Source: Pseudobdellovibrionaceae bacterium (GTDB lineage: Bacteria > Bdellovibrionota > Bdellovibrionia > Bdellovibrionales > UBA1609). Taken from it: DNA of 64,000 nt. A program made the translations under genes and the position numbers. The stretch lies in NCBI GenBank assembly GCA_018663505.1, contig JABJQG010000036.1, positions 2,680-66,679 of the forward strand, in the 5' to 3' direction. Below, piece by piece: positions 1-8,001 of the stretch; within the stretch, counting starts at the first letter, position 1, and every line of letters starts with the position of its first letter. A model generated the notes under the pieces. That model was not told the DNA's origin. It did not search any database and saw only the letters and a list, made by a program, of their open reading frames with translations.

Positions 1-479
1 AAATCCACCTTAGGGTCTGTACGTTGGGCGATGTTTAAAGCCCCTAACATTACCCCTGTGGATTTATCTCCAGACTTAAAAAGAGGTATCATCACTTCAC
101 TAATTATTCGTTTAGCTAATGCATCTGGTAAGTCGCCCTCTAGGCCTTGCCCTACTTCTATGCGTAGCTTTTTTTCTTTATCTGCGATAAGTAAGAGTAC
201 CCCGTTATCCTTACCTTTTTCCCCAAGCTCCCACTGATCTACAATCTGAATAGAGGCCTGTTCAATGGACTCTCCAGCAAGGGATTTTATGGTCAAAATC
301 TGGATTTGGCTGCCTCCATTTTTTCTTAAATACAGAAGTGCTTTTGATAAACGTGCTTCAGTTCCAGAGGATATAATACCGGCTTGATCCATCACCGGAC
401 CTTGTAGGCGCGGCACTTGAAATTGTGCAAATACCTGCAATGTTAATAGTAATATGAGAGCGGCTAATGCAAACTTCAA
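1..479 (-). CDS. TPM-domain (YgcG-like) protein, 3' end cut by the window edge
   Basis: Not in the ORF track, because it starts with TTG and runs off the window. My own minus-strand translation from TTG at 477-479 gives LKFALAALILLLTLQVFAQFQVPRLQGPVMDQAGIISSGTEARLSKALLYLRKNGGSQIQILTIKSLAGESIEQASIQIVDQWELGEKGKDNGVLLLIADKEKKLRIEVGQGLEGDLPDALAKRII... This is the classic TPM pattern (V-DQAGILS, W-LG-K, NGVLLL, RIEVG-GLEG). It overlaps the LemA stop by 4 nt, and LemA-TPM is a common gene pair. Confidence 0.8.
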   Translation of the reverse strand, partial: MKFALAALILLLTLQVFAQFQVPRLQGPVMDQAGIISSGTEARLSKALLYLRKNGGSQIQILTIKSLAGESIEQASIQIVDQWELGEKGKDNGVLLLIADKEKKLRIEVGQGLEGDLPDALAKRIISEVMIPLFKSGDKSTGVMLGALNIAQRTDPKVD

Positions 480-1069
480 AAATCAACCTCAGGAGCCTTT
501 TTAATAGCTTCTGCATTATCTGCAGTCCATTGTGGCATTTTAGTGTGATGAAAAAACAAAGAGTTTGCCCAGCTTGTGGGAATCACTGTCACTAAATCGT
601 TAAAGCCTTTAATATTTTTAATATGTCTTTGTCGGGCGATGGTAATACGATTTTCTGTACCTTCTAACTGTGCTTGTAACTCTCTAAAGTTTCTATCCGC
701 TTTTAGATCTGGATATTTTTCCACTACAACCATTAATCGGGAAAGAGCAGAGCTTAAACCTGATTGGGCTGCTTGAAACTGTTTAATAGATGACATATTG
801 CCTGCATCAATTTTTGTTGAAGTAGCCTTTGCACGAGCATTCACAACACCTACTAAGGTGTCCTTTTCATGAGAGGCATAAGCTTTAACAGTTTTTACTA
901 AGTTAGGTATTAAATCCGCTCTTCTTTTATACTGATTCATAATTTCAGCTTGAGAAGCCTCCACGGTATTCAAAGATCTAGGAATGGACTGTATACCACA
1001 GCCGGATAAGCCAATGGCCATTACTATAAAAACTATGACACTCATTATATATTTCATTAAAATCTCCAT
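476..1069 (-). CDS. lemA: LemA family protein
   Basis: 197 aa with an N-terminal anchor or lipobox-like LSGC. The body resembles LemA (NQYKRRADLIPNLV..V..YA.HE..TL..V..AR, YPDLKA...F..LQ..LEGTENRI..AR..YN). Confidence 0.85.
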   Translation of the reverse strand: MEILMKYIMSVIVFIVMAIGLSGCGIQSIPRSLNTVEASQAEIMNQYKRRADLIPNLVKTVKAYASHEKDTLVGVVNARAKATSTKIDAGNMSSIKQFQAAQSGLSSALSRLMVVVEKYPDLKADRNFRELQAQLEGTENRITIARQRHIKNIKGFNDLVTVIPTSWANSLFFHHTKMPQWTADNAEAIKKAPEVDF

Positions 1070-1160
1070 TCATTACGTAACAAAGTGAAAACTACATTGT
1101 ATTCACCACATTGTCAGTGGGTATTTTACCCATTTAGTGCTTTAGCTTGTCTTACTCAGC

Positions 1161-1862
1161 CTAAATGCCTTTAGCTTTCTCTTGGACCCAAGCCCTAAAG
1201 GCAACATTCAAGTCTTTGATTTCACAATATGATTTAATATAGTTATCCATTTTTCTCTGCACACTTAATCTCAGCAAGTTTGTCAAATCGCATTTTTTCT
1301 CTAACATTTCTACCAAAGCTTGAGAGGCTATATAGCGGTATCTAATGAGCTTTTTCCCACCTTTAAAGGGATGTGATAAACTTTTTACATCATCTGGGAA
1401 AGGTTGTTTAAGAAGCCACGCATAATCAACTGTGGATTTTTTCGCTAAGTGGTTAGCAAAACCCTCCTCTAACCATTTAGGTATGGCCCCCTTATATTTT
1501 TGATTAATAATCACATGCACCAATTCATGAGCAAAAATCTGATCGAAATTAGAGTTATTAACTTTTGGTCCAAGATGCACTATGGACTGCTTACCACGAC
1601 TCACCGTTACCGCAACAGCGCCAGATCCTAAACTATGGTGCTTAACAAACTCACTATTTGTAAAGTACCAATAAACCTTAACCCTACGTGTACTCCATTC
1701 TAATTTATATTGAACTTTTTCTGCAATTTTTTGAAGCCGATAAGGTTTCAGCCACTCTGGTGCATTATAAACCTGAGCTGAGTTCGTTCTAAAACTCTTA
1801 GCAATGACATAGGAGTTCATGAGAAATACTGAGATGATGGCTATGTGCCGTAAAAAAACCAT
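1161..1862 (-). CDS. Putative exported gluzincin-type metallopeptidase (peptidase MA-like)
   Basis: 233 aa with a hydrophobic N-terminus. It carries HELVH followed by PKWLEEGFANH (HExxH plus a downstream Glu, MA-clan style). Confidence 0.5.
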   Translation of the reverse strand: MVFLRHIAIISVFLMNSYVIAKSFRTNSAQVYNAPEWLKPYRLQKIAEKVQYKLEWSTRRVKVYWYFTNSEFVKHHSLGSGAVAVTVSRGKQSIVHLGPKVNNSNFDQIFAHELVHVIINQKYKGAIPKWLEEGFANHLAKKSTVDYAWLLKQPFPDDVKSLSHPFKGGKKLIRYRYIASQALVEMLEKKCDLTNLLRLSVQRKMDNYIKSYCEIKDLNVAFRAWVQEKAKGI

Positions 1863-1865
1863 ATC

Positions 1866-3179
1866 TTATGCCTTCCTTTCTAAAGGTAGTATCACTAAAA
1901 ACTCTGTATTTTCTGAATCTGTATTTATCTCGATTCTACCATTATGCTGCTCCATTATGCCACAGCTTAAGCTTAATCCAAGCCCTGTTCCTTTACCTAT
2001 ATCCTTTGTTGTTACAAAAGGATCCATGATTTTTTGTGCTAATTCTTGTGGAATTCCCGCTCCTGAATCTTTCACTGAGATAACAGCATTGCCATCAATT
2101 TTCATTAAAGTAATTTTAATCCATTTTTCTTCCAGCGTAGACACCGCATCTTTCGCGTTTGACACTAGGTTGGAAAGAACTCTTTCTATTTGTATTCTAT
2201 TGCATGAAGCAGTTATATCAGCCTGGCCATGGGGTGTGACTACGACATTCTTTTCGTTAAAGTTTTCTAATTCATACTTTACAACCGCTTTCACAAGCTT
2301 ACATAAACTCACTTTTTCATAATTGCTTTCATCAACTTCTCTTGTATACAGCAGTAAACTCTCTACAATTTCATGAATTCTATTTGTGGTTTTTTCAATT
2401 TTTGAGAGGTTCTTAGTAACAAAATCAACGTCAATAGAGTCTTTCTGTAAAGCTTTTTTAATAAACAAAGTAGAACCTGAAATAATAGTGAGAGGGTTGT
2501 TAATCTCATGAGCTATTCCACCTGCCATCTGCCCAATGGATGCCATTCGTTTATTTACGGCATCTTTTTGCTCAAACTCTAACAGACTCCTCTCGTGAGT
2601 CAGTCGAGTCATCTCTTGCACTGTGGCCAGTATGGTCACTAGAGATATGCCTATAACGGAAACGGCAAAATGGACCGAATTAGAGACCTCAAAGGAATTT
2701 ATATTTAAACCTAAAATTTGTGGTTGAGAAATTAAGTACAACTCAACAACAAATATAAAAATAAATATTAGTGCTGTTTTCAAATTAGAACTTAAAATAA
2801 ACAAAGAGGGCATAATAGCCCCCCACACAACCACTGATGACGTCACTCCTCCAGTAGAAATAATCCTCAAAGGTAAAAGAATCAAGCCTGACAAAAATAA
2901 CACAAGAGTTGTTGGTATGGTTGTTGAAAATTTCTTACCAGTATACAATGCAACTAAAAAAATCATAGACGCAATTGGCAAAACAAAAATTGTTTGAGAC
3001 CTATTTCCCTCGATTAAAAAACGTGCTAAAAACATAATAAAAACAAAGACAGCTCCAGCCAGCGAAAATTGAATATTAATTCTAAACTTTTTCAACTTGG
3101 CAAGAGCTAATGAATCTGAAGGTTTCACTCTCATTTTATGAGGTAAAAAATAGTTTACTACCGCACTAAAATAACCCAA
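1866..3179 (-). CDS. Membrane sensor histidine kinase
   Basis: 437 aa with multiple N-terminal TM helices. H-box is GGIAHEINNPL, N-box is LSNLVSNAKDA, G-boxes are DSGAGI and GKGTGLGLSL. Confidence 0.9.
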   Translation of the reverse strand: MGYFSAVVNYFLPHKMRVKPSDSLALAKLKKFRINIQFSLAGAVFVFIMFLARFLIEGNRSQTIFVLPIASMIFLVALYTGKKFSTTIPTTLVLFLSGLILLPLRIISTGGVTSSVVVWGAIMPSLFILSSNLKTALIFIFIFVVELYLISQPQILGLNINSFEVSNSVHFAVSVIGISLVTILATVQEMTRLTHERSLLEFEQKDAVNKRMASIGQMAGGIAHEINNPLTIISGSTLFIKKALQKDSIDVDFVTKNLSKIEKTTNRIHEIVESLLLYTREVDESNYEKVSLCKLVKAVVKYELENFNEKNVVVTPHGQADITASCNRIQIERVLSNLVSNAKDAVSTLEEKWIKITLMKIDGNAVISVKDSGAGIPQELAQKIMDPFVTTKDIGKGTGLGLSLSCGIMEQHNGRIEINTDSENTEFLVILPLERKA

Positions 3180-3574
3180 TGACTTCTCCTATTTAACTAT
3201 TTGCAACCAATGAATAACCAGTCCAATGACTTAAAATGAACGAGTCCGTTTTTAAAACACTCATGCAATTTTTCTAATAAACCAACTCTTCGATTTTTAA
3301 ACTTTATAAAGTTTCATCATAATATTTTGATACCCAATTTGGCACCTTTTTTGTTTATTTTACTCCCTGTTTTGCCTTATTTTTTCAACAAACTGAAGTA
3401 AATGAGCTTATGCTTTAGTTTATTTTTTTTGCTTTCACTCCCTACCGCAAGCTAGCTGTCCATAAGCTGCACAGTCCTCACCTTTTTACATGTTGCAACT
3501 ATTATGATCCCCTGCGGCTACAAATATGATAAACTCTCAAAGTTATTAATAAAATATATAAACAAAGGTCGAAA

Positions 3575-4537
3575 ATGAAGTTTTCATCCATATTTTCAGC
3601 TCTACTCCTTATCATGCTCAATTGTTCAATGAGCTTTGCAAATGATATTATTAAAAAAGGATCTGTGGGAGGAGAGGACTCTAGAGATGAATATAACAAA
3701 AAAGGAGTTTTCTGTATTGATCACAACGATGATGAATCTGATGACCCAATTTGTTACTTGTTACTTTCTGGTCAACCATCACCTGAAGACGGCTCTAAAA
3801 AAGCATCATTTCAAATCCAAAAACACTATGAACAAAAATTGATTTTTAATGGAAAAATAGTCAGTGATCTCGAAGACTACAACACCAACGTAGCCCCTGA
3901 GAAGGATCCTTATGCCTTTATAAGGCAAGTTTTAAAACTTAAGGATGCTGATGAGGATAAAAACACAACAGGCATTTCTTTTGATATTCATGAAATGCTG
4001 GAAAAACTTGTAGAACAAGGCGTCTCTGAGCTTTTTATTCGCTACCCAGCTGTTGAAATTAAAAGCTTTAATGCCCCTATCATTAGCAACACAGAAATTC
4101 CTTTTGTAACACAAATATTTTTAAAACATGATACTTTCAAATATCTTACTGCAAGATATGCAGTGATCAGCTTTGGTAAACTCACACCACAGTTTATAGT
4201 AGATAACTTAAAAGCTCCTGGAACTGCTGCTGTTGAAAATGAGCCCGTTAGTTTACAACAATACACCTCACAGTTAAGTTCTGAACAAATTTTTGAACTA
4301 AAAAATCAGTTTCGCCTAAATAAATGGGCATTCAGCCAAGGAGATAAGAACGAATCGCACTACATTAGACAAGCGAGGGCCTACCTCTCTGATATGGCCG
4401 CAATGGAAGATAGCGAAATTGGAGAGTTACTAGAGCTTATTATTGAACCTTCGATGAAGTTTTTTATTAGTAACAGTCCATGGTTTCAAAATATTCCACC
4501 TCAAGTCGAAGACACCGAACCACTTAAGCTTAAATAA
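3575..4537 (+). CDS. Hypothetical exported protein
   Basis: 320 aa ORF with a signal-like leader (MKFSSIFSALLLIMLNCSMSFA). No recognisable motif. Confidence 0.5.
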   Translation: MKFSSIFSALLLIMLNCSMSFANDIIKKGSVGGEDSRDEYNKKGVFCIDHNDDESDDPICYLLLSGQPSPEDGSKKASFQIQKHYEQKLIFNGKIVSDLEDYNTNVAPEKDPYAFIRQVLKLKDADEDKNTTGISFDIHEMLEKLVEQGVSELFIRYPAVEIKSFNAPIISNTEIPFVTQIFLKHDTFKYLTARYAVISFGKLTPQFIVDNLKAPGTAAVENEPVSLQQYTSQLSSEQIFELKNQFRLNKWAFSQGDKNESHYIRQARAYLSDMAAMEDSEIGELLELIIEPSMKFFISNSPWFQNIPPQVEDTEPLKLK

Positions 4538-4546
4538 TCATATCCA

Positions 4547-5710
4547 ATGAACTACTGGCTTAAAAATGTAATTTACACCTTCATCTTCTCGATTTTGCTC
4601 TCTAGCACTGCTAGCGCTAATCAATGCATTCATTATTTTAAAAACCCAAATAATAACACCAACATCTCCAAAGCGACATCCGCTCAAACTATGGGCTTTC
4701 ATACATGGTCCCGCCTCTCTCAGCACAAGTTAGAAAAAGGTGTCGCCTCATCAGAAATCACATTCAAAGCCGATTCTCCTGTTTTTGATATTCATTTTAA
4801 AAACAAGCCCGTAGTACCTGGATTTATGTTAGCAAAAATTATGGCTAGTAATGGAGCCTTACTTCTTGCCCCAAACTCCCAACCTGCAACAATCCAAACC
4901 TATGCTGCCAACAATGTGATTTGCACAAAAAAAATCCTCCCGAACACTCCTCTGAAAGTTCATAGTGAAAAAGTCACAGACCCTAAACTAATAAAAGGTC
5001 TCATTAAAATAAAAAGTGAAGTTTACACAGAGGCAGGTGTATTTCTTGCTTCTGGTGAGTTTATCATCGGCGAACATGATGCCCTTACTACCACAAAGGG
5101 ACAAACTAGGGCAAAGAATACGAAACTAGATTTTGCAGATCTGGTAAGTACAAGAGACATTAAAGACTATATGCCCCAAGCAGGCGACCTGCTCTTAGTA
5201 GATCGCATAATCCAACTCCCATCTTCACCAGCACTAGCTTCCATAAAACAGCTCCATAAAGAGTCTATCTTCAATGAAAACAACCATAAAATTGTCAGCG
5301 GTCTTCTAAATACAAAAAGGCATAAATCTATTTTAGATAGGAGTTCTAGAGAGAACCCACAATTTCCTGCAGAACTTCAAATCGAGCTTATGGCACAAGT
5401 TGCTACTTTTCATCAATTCCAGACCTGGAAAGAAGTAAACATGGGCCACTCTAACCGCAAACCAGTGAGTGTCGCCTTATCTGAAGTTCATAGTTTCGAA
5501 GTGATAAACCCCATTGCCCACCCCTCACAGTTAAGAATCAATGTTTCAGTTATTGAGTCCACACCCAGAAAAAGACTGACCACAAAATTATTCCAAGCAG
5601 AAATAGTAGATGCCAATACTGGTGCACTATACAGTTACGCAAAATTCTCCGGTATAATAGCTAAACCAAAAGCGTCTAAACCCAACTCTAATAGCCTTTC
5701 TATTAAATAA
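4547..5710 (+). CDS. Leader-bearing protein with two FabA/FabZ-like hotdog signatures
   Basis: 387 aa. The leader ends ASA|NQC. DIHFKNKPVVPGFMLAKIMA and DLLLVDRIIQL...FPAELQIELMAQVATF resemble the hotdog dehydratase strand and central-helix motifs. Confidence 0.5.
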   Translation: MNYWLKNVIYTFIFSILLSSTASANQCIHYFKNPNNNTNISKATSAQTMGFHTWSRLSQHKLEKGVASSEITFKADSPVFDIHFKNKPVVPGFMLAKIMASNGALLLAPNSQPATIQTYAANNVICTKKILPNTPLKVHSEKVTDPKLIKGLIKIKSEVYTEAGVFLASGEFIIGEHDALTTTKGQTRAKNTKLDFADLVSTRDIKDYMPQAGDLLLVDRIIQLPSSPALASIKQLHKESIFNENNHKIVSGLLNTKRHKSILDRSSRENPQFPAELQIELMAQVATFHQFQTWKEVNMGHSNRKPVSVALSEVHSFEVINPIAHPSQLRINVSVIESTPRKRLTTKLFQAEIVDANTGALYSYAKFSGIIAKPKASKPNSNSLSIK

Positions 5711-5830
5711 TTCCCTTATGGTTTTTGTAAGACTTAGCGCCAAAAGCGAGTTCGGATCGCAGCCCGATGGGTGAGAGCCGCATGTCTGAGCCTTTTGGTG
5801 TTGAATCTTACAAAAACCATAAGGGAATTA
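5707..5830. repeat. 124-bp palindromic element with a GC-rich conserved core (copy 1)
   Basis: Perfect 25-bp arms: taattcccttatggtttttgtaaga (5707-5731) and tcttacaaaaaccataagggaatta (5806-5830). The core at about 5737-5800 is shared with the element at 7731-7795. Confidence 0.85.
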
Positions 5831-5867
5831 TTTAATGGTAAGGCGAGCTACCCACATGCAACAAGCA

Positions 5868-7514
5868 TTACATATTCTGATACTTGGGGCCAGCGCCACC
5901 TTCACGAGGCTGCCACCTTGGACCCACAATATCTGTGGCCTTACAATCAATACAGTTGGGAGCATTCACCACAAGCTCCCCTCCTTTGACCTCATAAACC
6001 CCTGCTGGACATAAGTGAGAATAAAATTCGGCAACTTCTTTAGATACATCTTTACCCACAGTAAGATGCTGAGGAATATCATCACGTGTTTTATTACCAG
6101 ATAAATAAACAGCATCCACTTTAGAGAGCCCAGCTGTTTTTGGAGTATTAGCTTGAACTTCTTTGTCATCTTCATTATCAGCATGAGCACAACTTGCTGA
6201 GGGAAATGAGCCACCGGTAACTGTCATTAAACCAGCTTTTAAACTTCCCATCATAAATCCTGATTTAAACCCCTGACGCATACTACGAACTTTATAGAGG
6301 TCCTTCATAATAAAACTGTCTCTAATGTCGCTGTCATATTTTTTTAAAATATTTTCTGATGTATTATTTTCCTTTAATGCTTTAAAAATATTTCGAGCAG
6401 CATAGATCCCGGACATCATAGCATAGTGAATGCCCTTTAAGGATGGTACATTCACAAACCCAGCGCTGTCGCCCACAACCACTACACCGTCTCCATACAA
6501 TTTATTTGGAACTGAATTATAGCCACCTTCGGGAATTGTTTTTGCTCCCCACTCCAAAAGCTCTCCACCGTCTAAATAAGGCTTAATCAAAGAATGCTCT
6601 TTGAGCTCTTGTAAAAGTTCATGCACATCTAAATTATGCTCTTTGTAGTCAAGTCCAACTACCAAGCCCAAGGCCACAGAATCTTCACCCATGGGATAAA
6701 AGAAGCTACCCCCAAAAGCACTCGATGGTAATGGCCAGTTCATAGTATGAGTCACAGCATTAAGCGGCTTTTTCACTTTCCAAATCTCTTTAACACCCAA
6801 TGCATACAACTGAGGATTTGGAGCTTTAATTTCTTTCCATTCATTATAAGCTTGGGCCAATAAACCTCTTGTACCCTCTGCTAGTACAGTTACTTTTGCC
6901 GTTACGTCCGTTGCTGGCATAGATTGATCACTAGCATTTCCATCTCGATCAAGTCCGGCAGGCGTGGTTCTTACACCAGTGACTTTACCACCTTCAGTTA
7001 ATAATGCGTCCGCAGGGAAACTGCTGAGTATATTTACTCCACCGTCCTCAGCTTTTTCACCTAACCAACGAACCATTTCACAAATGGAGGCTCTATAATT
7101 TCCATGATTATTCATAGTTGGAGGCACCACAGGAAACTTAATTTGAGAATCCTTGGTTAAATAGTAAACCTCATCTTTTTCCACAGGCCCTTTAAAGGGA
7201 AAATCCTTCATCTCCATTTCAGGAAATAGCTCTTTAAAGCCCATTGGATTAACCACAGCACCAGATAAATTATGCTCACCCAAGGCTTCTGCTTTTTCTA
7301 AAACAGCAATTTCAATCTCTCCTAATGATCCACCTGATTCATTGTCTTCTTTAACTAACCGAGCAAGCTCAATGGCCCCTGATAATCCAGCAGGTCCACC
7401 ACCCACAAAAATCACATCCATAGGTACTGTGTCTTCAGTTTCAGGCTGATCCTTTAAAATAAGCTGATCAATTGGTAAATTTGCTTGATAGTCTTTAGGT
7501 TTAAACGATGACAC
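5868..7514 (-). CDS. Electron-transfer flavoprotein:ubiquinone oxidoreductase (ETF-QO)
   Basis: 548 aa with FAD motif VGGGPAGLSGA. The C-terminal 4Fe-4S region is CPAGVYE...NCIDCKATDI, ending PREGGAGPKYQNM, typical of ETF-QO. Confidence 0.9.
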   Translation of the reverse strand: MSSFKPKDYQANLPIDQLILKDQPETEDTVPMDVIFVGGGPAGLSGAIELARLVKEDNESGGSLGEIEIAVLEKAEALGEHNLSGAVVNPMGFKELFPEMEMKDFPFKGPVEKDEVYYLTKDSQIKFPVVPPTMNNHGNYRASICEMVRWLGEKAEDGGVNILSSFPADALLTEGGKVTGVRTTPAGLDRDGNASDQSMPATDVTAKVTVLAEGTRGLLAQAYNEWKEIKAPNPQLYALGVKEIWKVKKPLNAVTHTMNWPLPSSAFGGSFFYPMGEDSVALGLVVGLDYKEHNLDVHELLQELKEHSLIKPYLDGGELLEWGAKTIPEGGYNSVPNKLYGDGVVVVGDSAGFVNVPSLKGIHYAMMSGIYAARNIFKALKENNTSENILKKYDSDIRDSFIMKDLYKVRSMRQGFKSGFMMGSLKAGLMTVTGGSFPSASCAHADNEDDKEVQANTPKTAGLSKVDAVYLSGNKTRDDIPQHLTVGKDVSKEVAEFYSHLCPAGVYEVKGGELVVNAPNCIDCKATDIVGPRWQPREGGAGPKYQNM

Positions 7515-7601
7515 AGGCCCCTCCAGTAAGTGTTTTGCATTATTAATGAACTTGGAGAGTTAGCACTAAATACCCGTAAAGTCATGCGATCATTGATTTT
7601 A

Positions 7602-7920
7602 GTCAGGTAATAAGCTCAATGAATTCTACAGTCTGATTTTAATTTCCCTTGAATCTAAGCTGCAGGATAATCCTCCGACTCGCTATGTTCATTAATATTT
7701 AAGCACTCTATTTCCTTGGCCTTTTTCATCGCGCGCAAAACGAGTTCGGATCGCAGCCCGCAGGGCGAGAACCGCATGTTTGAGCTTTTGAGTGTGATGA
7801 AAAAGGCCAAGGAAATAGAGTGCTTAAATATTAGCTGAGTTCCGAACGGGTATTTCCTGCTGCTTAGATTCAAGGGAAATTAAAATCAGACTGTAGAATT
7901 CATTGAGCTTATTACCTGAC
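7602..7920. repeat. 319-bp nested near-perfect palindrome with a GC-rich conserved core (copy 2)
   Basis: The outer perfect 59-bp arms are 7602-7660 and 7862-7920. The inner 38-bp arms are 7693-7730 and 7796-7833. The core at 7731-7795 matches 5737-5800 in the same orientation. Confidence 0.9.
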
Positions 7921-8001
7921 GCGTAACGCAAACCCAGTGCTAATTTCTGCATTTCAATGTAGATTTCTGCATTTACAATTTTAACTCCAAAAAGGTTTGC
8001 T

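Noticed and set aside
31-237. 68-aa plus-strand ORF at the window start
   Set aside because: It lies antisense to a well-supported TPM-domain reading frame on the minus strand and has a low-complexity Ser/Pro-rich translation. It is most likely spurious.
5771-5989. 72-aa plus-strand ORF starting inside the GC-rich repeat core
   Set aside because: It begins with GTG inside the palindromic element and runs antisense into the 3' end of the ETF-QO gene. It has no RBS or motif and is a by-product of the repeat.
7655-7873. 72-aa minus-strand ORF inside the 319-bp palindrome
   Set aside because: It is entirely contained in the symmetric element, and its translation mirrors the repeat arms. Coding potential is implausible.
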